Of a stretch of 64,000 nucleotides of DNA, positions 50,601 to 64,000 are shown piece after piece. Location: contig CM060733.1 of NCBI GenBank assembly GCA_030704615.1, forward strand, positions 2,852,001 to 2,916,000, in the 5' to 3' direction. The notes under the pieces were generated by a model. That model was given only the letters and a program-made list of their open reading frames with translations. It made no database searches and had not been told where the DNA came from. How positions within the stretch are numbered: position 1 is the stretch's first letter; the number at the start of each line of letters is the position of its first letter. This DNA is from Takakia lepidozioides (taxonomy: Eukaryota; Plantae; Bryophyta). A program made the translations under genes and the position numbers.

Positions 50601-51939
50601 CAATGACAAATCCCAGGCTCAACTAAGATGCAAATTAATGCAGTTACCCCTCCAACATTCTGATGCACAAGAGGATTTCAGCAGCTTCCACAACAGAAGG
50701 TTGTAGAGCCTCGTTTCCTCCCGAGGGTTTTGCACGAACTGCGAAGTAGGTTATCTTGGAAGTCAGACTTCACCCATCCTTCCTCACAGTTTTTGATATA
50801 ATGTCACGTCCTTCAGACTCAATCTTACCCATTCTCCTGGTCCGTGGAGTTGAAATACAAATGAGCCAGGTCTGGTCATCCAGCTCTCCAGTTATAACTT
50901 CAAGTTGGATGTGGCTGATAACAGCCACCGAAGTTCCTCAGGTACACTAAGTGCACAAGTACAGAAATAGCTGTGTGCTTGTCAACTCATCCATAATGGC
51001 CGTTTCCATAAAGTTGAGCTTTTCTAAGCATCCCTGAGAAGGCAAGATAACTGGCCACACTGGCAGGCATGTGCTGGAATACTCCTTGTCCTGGGTTGGA
51101 TAACTCAACAAAACTAGAAACTATGGGCTACAGGCATCAAAAGACAGGCAGTACCTTGACCCAAGAGGCCCACATGCTGCATGTAATTTACAAACGGCAA
51201 AGCATTGACATGTCATACTGTTTTCGCAACTCAAATTCTGACTGGGCTTTTACAGCAGGTCTGCAACTTCTTTCTGTCTCTACTCCGTTGCGTATAAAGC
51301 CATCCATCACACCTTATAGACCATGTATGGCAGTAACACCCATTCATCATGCTTAGTTAAAACAGAGAATCGAGTGTGTCCACCTAGTTAACATAGACAC
51401 TCGTGTAGGCTTTGGCTTAGCAGTCGTTGCATATATGCTGGACAGCACCCTTAGCTTGACTGTTGGAGGGACCAAATCCTCAGTGATAAGCCCTGGTGGT
51501 TCCAAATCAGGTTGCTGTGGTCCCAAAGCTCGATTGTATCTTAAGCAAGGAGCTTTGTATTGCTGCTTCTGCTGGCTAATCACATTGCCAAGCTGGGCTA
51601 AGAAAGGAAAGCTCTCTCTCAGAAAAAACTTCCACAGCGAGGATTTGAGGCCCTCAATACAGCCCATGGGGGGCTTAAACCTTTGCAGGGCAGTTCGAGT
51701 ACACTATCAGAAACAGAAACATTCTGTGAATAATGTTAGGGTAGGTTGTTCCTTTCTGGCTTTTGCAAGGATATTAGAAGCATACCATTGAAGGACGTCC
51801 CACCGCCACCACCTCCAACACTTGGAAACCTTCGAAGCTCTGAGTCTCCATGCGCAAATGAGCAGCTCTGGCGTGGGCAGTTCCCACGCTGGAACAGTGT
51901 GCACAGTTTAGTTTTGTACAGATCCCGAGTATGTGCCAT
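44663..51939 (-). CDS. CCCH zinc-finger protein (AtC3H40/OsC3H13-like), multi-exon; 5' UTR exons extend to ~53.4 kb
   Basis: LYKTKLCTLFQRGNCPRQSCSFAHGDSELR, DLRERLERRRSP and coiled coil LEKKAHE...FTRYIRAQDEVK|RTHGRLQKL. Last exon YKRHGEDLD...SLQN*. Confidence 0.88.
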
Positions 51940-54031
51940 CCTTCTGTCCTCGTCTTTGGATTGTTACAAAACTTCGGACAGTTACTACGGAATTATTTCA
52001 AGGACTAATTTTGTGGCCCCAGGATTGCCAACTTTCCACCACAATCTTCTTCTATCTCCCGAAGGGTATAACGGTTGGCGGTGACAATGGAGCACACATC
52101 TTCCAGAAGCATGATAAATACAAGCATCCCCTAGTAGAGTTGCGTCAGGATACGGATAATATTTAACAGGCAGGAGTCCAGTCCGTCTCGCCCCAACCCT
52201 CCACCAATAGAGTTAGCTCTGAAAAAGCAGATAATAAGGGATTCCGTCGGCTGTCCACTATGGGATATATATTCTGTTCAGAGACTTCCCGCCCAATTCA
52301 ATATCCAACAATCGTTTCCAACAGTATCAGTAGAAAGCCTTCTGCAGGATACCCATAACATCTCGATATATCAAGCATCTAACTCCGTCATTCTTTCAAA
52401 ATATTCCTGCCATCACAAACATCTCACTTGAGTTCATATATCATTTCCAGACCTGGTCATTTGTTCACTACGATCACAAGCTAGATGCTCTGCCAGGTAT
52501 TGGTCCTCCATTTCTCTTAGGACACCCACTTCCCCTCTGTTACAAGTTAGTAAGAGTGACAGAAATCCCCACGCTTTCGCAAACTAAGTCACCATTTTAT
52601 TACACACTCTGGTTGTTACAAGCAAGGAGAGGTCTCCAGTTGTGAAACAACAAACTAACCATATATTAACAGTGGGAGACTGAGGAAACCCAGCAAATAG
52701 AATGAGAGAGGTTTTCTTTTCACCTGCTAGGCCACTATCTTCCTAGAAGCCGATGCTGAAAAAAAAAAAATTTTGAAATTCAATGGTGATTCAAGAAGTG
52801 CAGGAATTCGACTCAGAAAGAATTGCATATACACTTAGCTCCCTTGCCTGCAAGGACCCCGTAAAGCGAGTTTAAAAACAGCAGAATGTAGAAGAACAAA
52901 AAGGGAAGAGTCTAAAAGAAACGAAACATGAGCGGTAAGAAGTAATAAGACAGGCAAAGGTTCTGTGTTAGTTTGACAGGAGCACGCTTGCAACTCAACA
53001 GAAAACTGTGCTTACAGCACTCCAACCGCAGCTTTAAGGGAGAGACATGGTGAAGAATCACACAGGAAGACGGAGAAAACTACACAGAGGAAAGGAAGGG
53101 CAGAGAAAAACGTAGAACCAGACTCATGACAAGGCAAAAAAATGACAGCGGAAACTCGTCATACCCCACCGCCAACAGAACCCAATCCAACCCAACCCCT
53201 GCTACTACCCCCAACCACAGCCTCAGAGGTGACAACCAAAAAAATCTACACTGCAAACTGATTACGACCACACTCGGGAATGGGGAGAGTGACCCCACCT
53301 TCACAAGAGGATCTGCCTCCGTGCCAAGGAAATCAGGGAGGCTGCAGGCCAAGGAAGGCCTCGGAGAGTCCCGAAGAAAGAGACGAGGTAAAAACAAAGT
53401 CACCACCGTAAAATCTAACAACCCCTCAATCATTTACCCCTTCTCGTGCCTTTTTGTATCCCTTTCCCCACTAAAACGGTTTGCCGTCTGAACAGGACCC
53501 ATTTCATGACCGGAGAATCCCGGTCATGCGGCCTGTATTGCCGGTTTTGCATCGGTTCCTTCAGAACTCCTTACTCTTACGAATGAGAATCATCCATTTT
53601 GGTTCATGGGATCTTCCTTCTTTTAATCCGAAATGCCGTCAATACGGCATCTAACTCAGGTCAAGGCTAAGGAATTGACAATGTGGCAAATTAATTAATT
53701 AATTAATTAAAAAACAAATTAAAACCCTCTTATTAAAAGTGTTAGGCATATCATTATCTGTCAATATAAAAATATATTTAAACAAAAATAATAAATTAAT
53801 TTTTTGCCTCATGGAGGTCACAAAAAATAAAAAATAAAAAATAAATGTGGCAGCAAGGGCTTTATTCAATTATTTAATTAACTATCTAGTTTTTTGGATC
53901 TCCTCAAAGAAGATCTAAGTTCTTACATTATTCCTATTATCTTCCAAAGAAAAATAAAGGGCCTCCCGTCCCCTTTCCTTTTAAAATAAATAAATAAACA
54001 AAAAAACAAAAACAAATGTAGGTCTCTAAGG

Positions 54032-54272
54032 TTTTTTTAATTTTTTAATCTTTAAAAAGGAAACACCTAGTGGGGGAGGAGCGACAGCTCACAGATCAGG
54101 CCCCTTGATAGTGAGAGGAGAAAATAACCTCTTTCACAGTAACCTCGCCATGAAGGCGTCTGGGGAAGGGGGAGAAGAGCATACCCACACCCCTTAAGAT
54201 AGCAGGATTTGACCCCAGAATCATCTGGGTGGCACACAGTGCACTATCCAACTGAGCTACCTACTGTTGGTC
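54032..54272 (-). mobile_element. tRNA-derived SINE, copy 1
   Basis: On the minus strand: A-box TAGCTCAGTTGG, B-box GGTCAAATCC ~33 nt later, and an A-rich tail. Homologous to 59462-59714. Confidence 0.8.
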
Positions 54273-55149
54273 TAAGAGTTTTTTTTTTTTTCCCTTTTCT
54301 TAAAGGTTTCAAGTTTCAAATGTCCTTTTTTTAACTGATAATATTCTTTGGAACTATATGATGTTGGTCCAAAATACCATCGGTTCGGTTAAGATATAGT
54401 AGTTAGGCCCTTGTTGTGGTTATTCTTTCCACCTTGTTCCCCTTTTATCTGTCTACTTCCGGGTTTTCGTCCTGTTTCAACCAGAAAATACCGGAAAAGG
54501 TTAGAAAGTATACCCATTGTCGACTACCTTCATTCCTGTTATGTGGTATACCAATGCAAATTGGGAATTGAATGTTAAGTTACTAACAAGCCGCCCAGGA
54601 GTGCTCAAAATCAAACACTCCGGTTATCAACCCTCCATACTCGCCTCATTATAACCGCCAAATCTTTGATGTGTTTGGGTCTGATGTAAGATATTTGGAA
54701 AAAGGGCAAACACAAGAAATGCAATTTGGCACTGTGAAAAGTATATAAAAAAATGAAAACAATTGGCAAAGTCGTGAACGTGTCTTTTTCCATAACAGCC
54801 ACATCATGACCGGCTGTGACCAGTTGCAAGTTACCGGAACCAGGCTATATGCAGTTATCAGCACAAATGTATTTTGATGGTTATTCAATTTAATTCTTAT
54901 ATAGAACATTAATTACTTGAGCCTCGGTAGAGTTTGGATGAAATGGGATGCAAATTGGATGAATGAGTATCGGTGCTATTCTGAATAGTATTATCTCATC
55001 GTCCGAGTGGATGAATCCACTTCAATTCAAATAATCACAATCGTAATCCATCCGGAGATCGTCATATCTACCGTCCTTGTCACGCTGAAAGGAACTGCAC
55101 TAGAGTGTACCGAAGCTGCGGCGCGAGCAGTGTCTATTTTTGAAGACCT

Positions 55150-55800
55150 TTCATCATGAAGGGCTAAAAAAAAGAAAAACTTGCAAATGAAAGTCTAAGT
55201 TTGATAATGAAGGGCTCAAGCCTAAGGGTACATGTGCTTAATAAGGGCCTAGGTTTGAAAGGGGGTGTGGGGGTTAGAGAGTGGTCTAGGAACTAACTAG
55301 GGCCAGAGGGAACGGGAGAAGCCTGTATTAAGGCTAAGAAAAGGGCTAGGAGAGGGCCCGGAAAACTGCACACCCCATCCAGGGACATCAATACATGGAT
55401 GGTGCGGCAATGGACCCAGCAGCCGTAGGCTTGGAGAAGTGTACGTGGCGGAGGCAACCTTCTAGAAGGGTCCCACCGCTGAGGGCTTCTAGAATGTCCT
55501 ACTGCCCAGTGAGGGTATATAAAGAGGGTGGGGGGCTCTCTTCCCTCTCACTTACTACTTACTCACCTACTAGTTACTAGTACCTAGGGGGCTCTACACA
55601 CGCACGGCCCCCAAAAAAACTTGTGCAAAGCCCCAAAAAACACAAACCATGACAAAATAAATTAGTAGAAGTAGAGCAAAGATGAATAAAGGGTAATAAT
55701 GAGGGTTCAAAGCCTCAAGAGTCAAGGGTTCAAACCTCAAGATATAAGTGCTTAATAATGAAGGTACAAGTGCTTAAACCTATCCATTGCCATGATAGAA
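55150..55800 (+). repeat. Solo-LTR-like sequence
   Basis: TATATAAAG at ~55516 followed by a CT-rich tract, plus recurring taatgaaggg motifs. Termini and TSD not resolved. Confidence 0.3.
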
Positions 55801-56736
55801 TAGGCCGACAAGAGCCGGAGATTGTGAAGGAAAATGCGCACATCTCCTTCACAACGTATTGGCTCTTTGCTTGATGTCCATAGCAGCAAAGATCCAGAGG
55901 GGCTCCGCATATTTTACTACCTTGTCCAGGTATGGCATTAGCATCCTATATTTAATCCTACATTTATGGATGATGGGACCATGTGGTAGGCTCCAAGTGG
56001 GTCTTTTGGTGTGTAGGTCTGAAATGTTTCACAAAACATTATTAATAATTATTGTTTGAGACATTTTCATGGAAGTTAATGGATATGACTCCCTTAGCAT
56101 AGTGATTTAATGAGTCACTAGTGATTTTGTAAGTTAGTATTATGTATCATTTGTTGATGATTTACTTGAATGGGAGCTTGGAGTACCCTTCCTATGTTGA
56201 AGATAATTGAATAGCTACAGACATGGGGGTGTTATATTGGGCTGTGGAGAGGTTGCGGACTGGTTACTGCAGGTTGTTTTTGTTTGCTCCGCTTGTAGGC
56301 TTTTCCTTCCATTATGGAGATAGCAATATTTGGTGTCATAGATCTCGGATTTTAGGTGAGTAAACGCCTGGATTTGTTTTCTCTCTCTCTTTTTCCTGGG
56401 ACAAACTCAGGCTTAGTATTAGTTGTGCATTGCACAAGGTGCTTCATCCTTAGCCCTTCATTGTAGTCTGCCAATTTGGGTGTCACTGACTGATATTTTT
56501 CGACCTGATCAAACCCCTTCATCGTGTATGGTCACGAGCATAAAATTTAAAACTTTTGTAGCATGCAGTATGCTCCAAAATGGAGCAAGGTGTCTGTCTG
56601 TCTATTTGTCTGTGTGTCTGACTTTCATTTCATGTGTATTGTACAGCAATATCATATCATTTTTATGTTACATGCATGCTCGCCGAATGGCGGCCAAAAA
56701 AAAAATGAAGGGCTGTCAAAATTACAGCCCTTCAAC

Positions 56737-59135
56737 ATGAAGGGCAATTTTTTTAGAAAACTTGCAAATGCAAGTCTAAGGTACCCTTCAAAACGGAACA
56801 CTGGGCGTGAGAGCAAGCGATGGAGGCAATCACCCCTACGCCACAGTGCGCTGATCAGGGTGGCCAAGAAAGAGGATGCAGCGACTTTGGTCGCATCCCT
56901 GCAAAAGATGTCGGAGGAAGTTTCTCCCCACGTATCAATTCGGACTTTCAACATCGCCTCAGATCTGGGTGTGCATGCTGATGTTCCCCTACGATTATGT
57001 TCCCATGTCAGGTTTGCTATGACATCGCTTTTATCCATGGAGATCGGACGTGCTCCACATGTCTCAGATTTTGTATAAACTCATTACATTTTTGTGGAGT
57101 TTTGGAGTTCAGGTCACCCAGTCGTAGAAATCAACCTGCCATACTACTCACGTCAGCGGATTAGGACTACTTTATCTGACTGGTGTCTGCTCTGGATTTC
57201 AGAGCGTTGTTTCGGATTGATGTGATTCTTTTGGAAGAGTTGGATCAAGGGGTTGTGGCACCTCGTCACTTGTTGGATGGGCGCGCAAGGAGATAGTAAG
57301 AGCTTCTCAACCAAAAATTAACCAGCTCACACTGCTACAATATAAATTCTTCTCTATTTAGGGTCTAGGATTTAGGTAATGTCTTCGGTTCTCTCTCTCC
57401 CCCCCCCCCCTGTTTCATAAAACTTCAATGATGAATTACTGACTTTTGACCGCGCCAGAAAGCAATGAGTCACTGGATTGCATGAAAAAGTGCATTGAAA
57501 CAGGGGAAATCGGAGGGGGAGTGGTGGTTGGAGCAGCAGCAGTAGAAACCCCGTATGCATAGATTTAATGGACTGTGACAGTAATGGTGTCTAGTTATGC
57601 AGGCGTGAAAGAGTGATGATTTTTTCTAGTACTGGGATGGACTGTTACCTTATCTGACTCATCCCGGGAAGAAACTTCAATTTAGCTGCCTTGTGCATGT
57701 GCATTCCATCAATGAAAACATGTTAGTGGGTGGAATTCTAAATAAACTACTTGCAACTCGAAGGAGCAACTGAGCTGAAGGCCTAACATGTGCAGGAATC
57801 TCAAGTGGGACTACGGATGTGGCTCTCATTATAGACTTTCCAGATGAAGCGAACGATCGTTCCTACCAATAACATCCACTCCATTTGGCGTTAACTCTCA
57901 GAACAAGGTCTTTGTTACTAACGTCACTTCTGTGCAAATCCCTTAACCTAAATCCTGAATATGTGCCTTGTAAGTAATTTTAGTCCCTGAGGATGATTTT
58001 ACCTTCTCTAACCATCGTTCAGTATCCTAGCAGTATATATCTGATGCTGAAATTCTAGTGCCTTCCTTTCGTTGGGTAGAAAGCAACTTTGCATTGTTGT
58101 GCTCAATTCCCCTGCTCATTGAGTTTTGGTGCCAGTTGGAACCATGAGTTTTCTAGGCCTGTTGAGATTCATGCAACACATCCTTGAAAGCTGTACATGC
58201 TCGAGACACAATCTGCGGTCCTCTAGGCATCTGTCCTTTGGACTTCATTCTCCTTAGTATGCTAAACCTCAGCACACCTGCATCCCCATATGTCCCGCTT
58301 GTGTTTCATGAGAATGGGATATTTAAGCCACTATAAGAGGAGGTTGCCCAAAAGTTGATCTGTTCATATTGATGGTTTGGTGAGACAAATTGGTCATGTC
58401 AAGCCTATTGAGATTGTTGGAGGTTGAAGTAAATTTGGATTTCATCTTATGTTTGGAATGCAGTTTAGATACAAAAGTTGATGATAATGGCTTATTGCAA
58501 TTGTGTATCAGATTTTGCACCAACCTCTTGCGCTTATCTTCCCCGGCTCTTTTTCATATTGCATTGGCACTTGAAGGTCAGTAAGTTTGTTACCATTCAA
58601 GATCAAGGTGTAAGTTTAATAGCTAATCTGATGTGAGTGGTTGTGTTCCATCTGCAGGTTGCATCTGTTGAAGAGGAGATCATCTAGGTAAGATTCTTTG
58701 TGTTCCAGTTCTCCTCTCTCTGTTCAAGTTTTTTTGACTACAAGCTGGATCTATCATTCATTTCTCTTCTCTCTCCATAAGCCGTACAATAACAAGTGAG
58801 ATAATCCCCATCAAATGTATCACATCTCTGTAAGGGAAGGTCTCGTGTCTGTAGCAGTCTAAGGTCAATTCTCATATCAGTGCAAGCTCTCAAATTAACA
58901 TTCAATCCAAGGTAATCAATTTGTTGAGGGCTTAGTTTTGTACGTAGTTTTTTAAGATCTGGTTAGTCTCTGTACCTTTCCTAGGGAATGGTCATACATT
59001 AATTCTCACTGAAAGAAACCCTTATGGAGACTCTACTACCAAGCTTCTTCACAGTCTTGGTGAAATATTTGCCCTTCGGTACCAGCTCAAGGTCCTTCGA
59101 CACTATGCAGCACTAGATGGACAACAAAGAGGAGG
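56737..59135 (+). pseudogene. Unidentified spliced gene remnant
   Basis: Series of AG/GT-bounded exon-like blocks (~56740-57010, 57797-57907, 58512-58576, 58658-58687, ~59085-59134) with in-frame stops. Confidence 0.25.
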
Positions 59136-59461
59136 TTGCTTGCATCATCCAGCTGGACAAAATTGAAGCATCATATGGGGCAGAGGGGTGAAAGTTTTAT
59201 TGCTCTAGTCTTATTGGATGTAGGCTACATGCATGTTGGTGATGTGTATCCCCTCCACCTAGCTCTGCCTGACGTCGATAATTCCAAGTTCCCATTCAAA
59301 TATCACATGTGTGAATGTGATAGGTAATAGATTTTGCAAAGATATCTTGATCTTGCCTCCATGATTACAAATTGTAACGATCGAACTTATAATAGGTGTT
59401 CAAACAACTTAGCCATGTTGTTTGAACATCAATTTAAGTTCCCAACCTAGAGACTTCTCCT

Positions 59462-59714
59462 CCTTTTTGTTTTCTTTTTTCTTTTTTTTAATGGGAGACA
59501 CCTGGGAGCGACAGCTCACAAATCGGGCCCCTTAATAGTGAGAGGAGAAAATAACCTCTTTCACAGTAACCTCGCCATGAAGGCGTCCGATTGGGACACT
59601 GCCCAAGGGAAGGGGGAGAAGAACATACCACACCCGTCAAGATAGTAGGATTTGACCCCAAAATCATTTGGGTGGCACTCACTGCACCATCCATCTCAGC
59701 TAGTGACTGTTGGT
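59462..59714 (-). mobile_element. tRNA-derived SINE, copy 2
   Basis: Same body as copy 1 plus ~18 bp of extra internal sequence. Degenerate A-box, B-box GGTCAAATCC and poly(A)-like tail. Confidence 0.8.
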
Positions 59715-59999
59715 CTTCTATTGCTTAATAGCAAAATAGTACGCGATCCTTGTAAATGTTAGTATTATGCCTTGCCTATGTTTGCAAGACTCTCAATTCT
59801 AGGCTTTCCATTTAACCTTGTTCTGGATATCGTATCTAGATTGTGTGTCTAAATTAAGCACTTCATCCCCTCCACCCCTTACCTCTAAGAATATAAGAAT
59901 ATCAAAGCTAGCTATTCACTTATTTTGTTTTTAAAAGCTTATTCCTTATTTTATGTCTTGTTGCCACTTCTTTTACTTTGTTTATTTCCAGTTTTATAT

Positions 60000-62900
60000 C
60001 AATACTAGGGTAGCCTATGCCGTTGGCCCAAGTGTTCAGTGTCATCTCAGTCCAAGTGCAATCCTCTTTTGTATCCAAGTGCGTCTCTTATGTGCGACCT
60101 CTAGGGTAGCCAGCTATACTGTTGGCCCAAGTATCCAGTGTCATCTAAGCCCAAGTGTAAGATCTTCTATGTATCCCAGTGCGTCTCCTATGTCGAGGCC
60201 CAAGTGCGACCTCTAGTGTAGCATATGTCGTTGGCCCATGTGTGAAGAATTGTAATCTAAGACCAAGTGCAATTTCCTAAGTTATGTATCTTATTATGTA
60301 TCCAAGTGCATCTCCTATGTCTGGCCCATCTAAGCCCAGTTTTATATCAACTAGGGTAGCCTGTGCCATTGGCCCAAGTGTCCATTGTCATCTAAGCCCA
60401 AGTGTAAGATCTTCTATTAATCTCAGTGCGTGTCCTATGTCGAGGCCCAAGTGCGACCTCTAGTGCAGCCTATGTCGTTGGCCCGTCTGTGAAGAATTGA
60501 AAACTAAAACCAAGTGTAATTTTCTATGTATCCAAGTGCGTCTCCTATGTTGAGGCCCATCTAAGCCCAAGTGCAATCTTCTATTCATGTATCCAAGTGC
60601 ATCTCCCATGTAGAGCCCCAATTGTCCAATTATCTCTCCCGTCGAGGCTCCAACCATTGTCCCAGAAATGCCCACTTTGCCATTTTTGCTATTTTTTGTG
60701 AATTTTCAGCGACCCAAAGTACTTGGAATTCCACATCTCCCACACCGCAGATCCAAAAATAATGAGACCAAGCCCGTGCACCCCTCCTCGTCGAGGGCTT
60801 TCCAACGAGACCAAGCACTAGCGCTGGGGCCTCGCAGTTTGGGACATCTCAACGCTACAAAACAAAACAAAACAAACAAACTGGCTTCCTTCATATATTG
60901 ACTAGGGTAGCCTGCGCCGTTGGCCCGAGTGTCCAGTGTCATCTGAGTCCAAGTGCAAATCCATGTATCCAAGTGCGTCTCATATGTCGAGGCCCAAATG
61001 CGACCTCTAGGATAGCCTGTGCGGTTGGCCCAATTGTCTAGTGTATCTCCTATGTATCCCAGTGCATCTCCTATGTCGAGGCCCAAGTGCGACCTCTAGG
61101 GTAGCCTTTGCCGTTGGCCCAAACGTCCCGTGCGTGAAGAATTGAACTCTAAGCCCAAGTGTAATCGCCTATGTATCCAAGTGTTTTTCCCACGTAGAGG
61201 CCCAAGTTCGACCTTTAGTGTTCATTGTCATCTAAGTCCAAGTGCAATTCCCTATGTATCCAAAGACCCTATAGTTTGGGAGATCTCCACGTCATTGTTC
61301 CAACAAAGCCCACTTTGCTATTTTTGCAATCTCCCATGTCAAGGCTTCATATTTGATATATCCACTTTGCTATTTTCTTGAATTTCCAGCGACCAAAAGT
61401 ACTTGAAATTCCAAATTTCCCAAATGAAGGGCCAATCATTGCTCCAGGAAAGCCCACTTTGCTATTTTTCCCGAATTTCCAAAGACCAAAAGTACTTGAA
61501 ATTCGATATCTCCGACCCCGCTGGTCCAAAAATCATGAGACCAAGCCGGTGCACCCCTCCTCACCGAGGGCTTTCCAACGGCACCAAGCACCCGCGCTGG
61601 GCCCCGCGATTTTGGAGATCTCAACGACGCTACAAAACAAAACAAAACAAAACAACGTCTCGATTCATATATTGATACTAGGGTAGCCTGTGCCGTTGGC
61701 CCAAGTGTCGAGTGTCATCTAAGTCCAAGTGCAATCCCATATGTATCAAAGTGCATTTCCTATGTGAGGCCCAAATGCAACCTCTAGGGTAGCCTTTGCC
61801 ATTGGCCCAAGTGTCCAATGTCATCTAAGTACGTTTTTTTTTCACAGAGCCTACGACCAGATTTGAGCCGGAGACCTTCCCTTGATGTCTCTCCCGTCGA
61901 GGCTCCAACCATTGTCCCAAGAATGCCCACTTTGCCAATTTTTTCTATTTTTTGCGAATTTCCAGCGACCAAAAGAACTTGGAATTCCACATCTCCCTCA
62001 CCGCTTGTCCAAAAATCATGAGACCAAGCCCGTGCACCCCTCCTCATCAAGGGCTTTCCAACGGCACCAAGCACCCGCGCTAGGCCTGCGGTTTGGGAGA
62101 TCTCAACAACGCTACAAAACAAAACAAAACAAAACAAATGTCTCGCTTCATATATTGACTAGGGTAGCCTGTGCCATTGGCCCAAGTGTCCAGGGTCATC
62201 TAAGCCCATGTGCAATCTCCTATGTATCCAAGTGTGTCTCCTATGTGGAGGCCCATCATGTCGAGGCCCAAGTCGACCTCTACGGTAGCTTGTGTCGTTG
62301 GCCCAAGTGTAAATAATTGAAATCTAAGACCGGGAATTTCCTATTATCATAGTGCGTCTCCTATATCAAGGCCCATCTAAGCCCAAGTGCAATCTATTTT
62401 ATGTATCCAAGTGCATCTCCCGTGTAGATGCCCAAGTGTCCACTGTTATTTAAGCCCAAGTGCACTCTCCTATGTATCCAAGTGCATCTCCTATGTATCA
62501 AGTGACATCTCCCATGTGCGTCTCCTATGTCGAGGCCCATCTAAGCCCAGTGTGCAATCTTTTATGTATCCAAGTGCATCTCCCATGTAGATGCCCAAGT
62601 GTCCACTGTCATTTAAGAACAAGTGCAATTTTTTATGTATCCTAGTGCATCTCTTATGTTGAGGCCCAAGTGCGACCTCTAGTGTAGCCTATGCCGTTGG
62701 CCCATGTGTGAAAAATTGAAATCCAAACCCAAGTGCAATCTTCTATTTATGTATCCAAGTGCATCTCCCATGTAGAGGCCCAAGTGTGACCTCCAGTGTC
62801 CACTGCAAATCCCCAATGTATCCAAAGACCTACGGTTTGGGAGATCTCTATGTCATTGCCCACTTTGCTATTTTTGCAATCTCCCCTGTCGAGGCTTCAT

Positions 62901-64000
62901 ATATTGATATATCCACTTTTCTATTTTTTACGAATATCCAGCGACCAAAAATACTTGAAATTCCAAATCTCCCACATGAAGGGCCAATCATTGCTCTAGA
63001 AAAACCCACTTTGCTATTTTTCTCAAATTTCCAACGACCCAAAGCACTTGAAATTCCAGATCTCCCACACCGCTGGTCCAAAAATCATGAGACCAAGCCG
63101 GTGCACCCCTGCTCACCGAGGGCTTTCCAATGACACCAAGCACCCGCATTGGGGCCGCGCAGTTTGGGAGATCTCAATGATGCTACAAAACAAAACAAAC
63201 GTCTCGCTTCATATATTGATATGAATTGTTTTGTTTTGTTTTGTTTTGTTTTGTCACGTTGAGATGTCCCAAACCGTGGGGCCCAGCATGGGTGCTTGGT
63301 ACCGTTGGAAAGCCCTCAACGGGGAGGGGTGCACGGGCTTGGTCTCATGATTTTTGGACCTACAGTGTGCGAGATGTGGAATTTAAAGTACTTTGGGTCG
63401 CTGGAAATTCGGGAAAAATAGCAAAGTGGGCATTCCTGGGACAATGGTGGGAGCCTCGATAGGAGAGATATCAAGGGAAAGGTCTCCGGCTCAAATCTGG
63501 TCGTAGGCTCTGTGGGAAAAGAATGATGAGATATGGCTAAAACGACTTTCAAGTACTTTTGGTCGTTGGACAATGATTGGAGCCTCGAAAGGAGAGATAT
63601 CAAGGGAAAGGTCTCCGTTTCAAATCTGGTCGTAGGCTCTGTGGAAAAAAAATATATTAGATACGGCTTGCTTCATATATTTGATGCACTTGGACACTCA
63701 ACGGCACAGGCTACCCTAGTCAATATATGAAGCGAGGCGGTTTGTTGGTTTGTTTGTTTTGTTTTGTTTTGTAGCGTTGAGATGCCCCAAACCGCAAGGC
63801 CCCAGCCATGGTGCTTGGTACCCTTGGAAAGCCCTCGATGAGGAGGGGTGTACCAGCTTGGTCTCATGATTTTTGGACCTACGGTGTGGGATATGTGGCA
63901 TTTCAAGTACCTGTGGTCGCTGGAAATTCGCGAAAAAATAGCAAAGTGGGCATTCCTGGGGCAACGATTGGAGCCTCGACGGGAGATATATCAAGGGGAG
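60000..64000. repeat. Complex two-module satellite/TE-derived array with an orientation switch at ~63220
   Basis: Short cccaagtg/tatccaagtg/ctagggtagc units alternate with a ~270-400-bp module ending in (CAAAA)n. The module appears four times forward, then inverted. Confidence 0.85.

Noticed and set aside
53504-53528. Short palindrome catgaccgg-agaatc-ccggtcatg near the CCCH gene promoter
   Set aside because: It is a single short hairpin with no supporting family feature.
60460-63994. Numerous similar ORFs in the terminal array
   Set aside because: They are by-products of the repeat units and show no protein motifs.

Overview
Eukaryotic nuclear DNA from a land plant, probably a bryophyte or other seed-free plant (inferred from PLS/DYW-PPR fragments, plant-type Pol lambda and a moss-like ACBP). 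The left 28.5 kb is a nest of transposons. A decayed Ty3/gypsy element, with an unusual dUTPase-like domain between protease and RT, is split inside its integrase GPY/F motif by a ~21.8-kb DNA transposon (5772-27544). That element has 28-bp imperfect TIRs (GGG...CCC), an ATG/ATGG target duplication and a decayed, intron-containing Sola2-type transposase. It also has its own accessory ORFs (one with coiled coil + RING) and a mosaic of co-oriented captured host-gene pieces: PLS-PPR repeats, E/PG/DYW fragments, an intron-retaining DDX55/RH18 helicase piece and an ARIADNE piece. This 'Pack-Sola'-like element is the main finding. To the right are three apparently intact host genes: DNA polymerase lambda, a small acyl-CoA-binding protein and a CCCH zinc-finger protein. 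The right side also holds a Ulp1-protease TE relic split by a Ty1/copia fragment, two copies of a tRNA-derived SINE, and a complex satellite-like array with an inversion at the window end. All calls come from manual reading and translation; no database searches were run.
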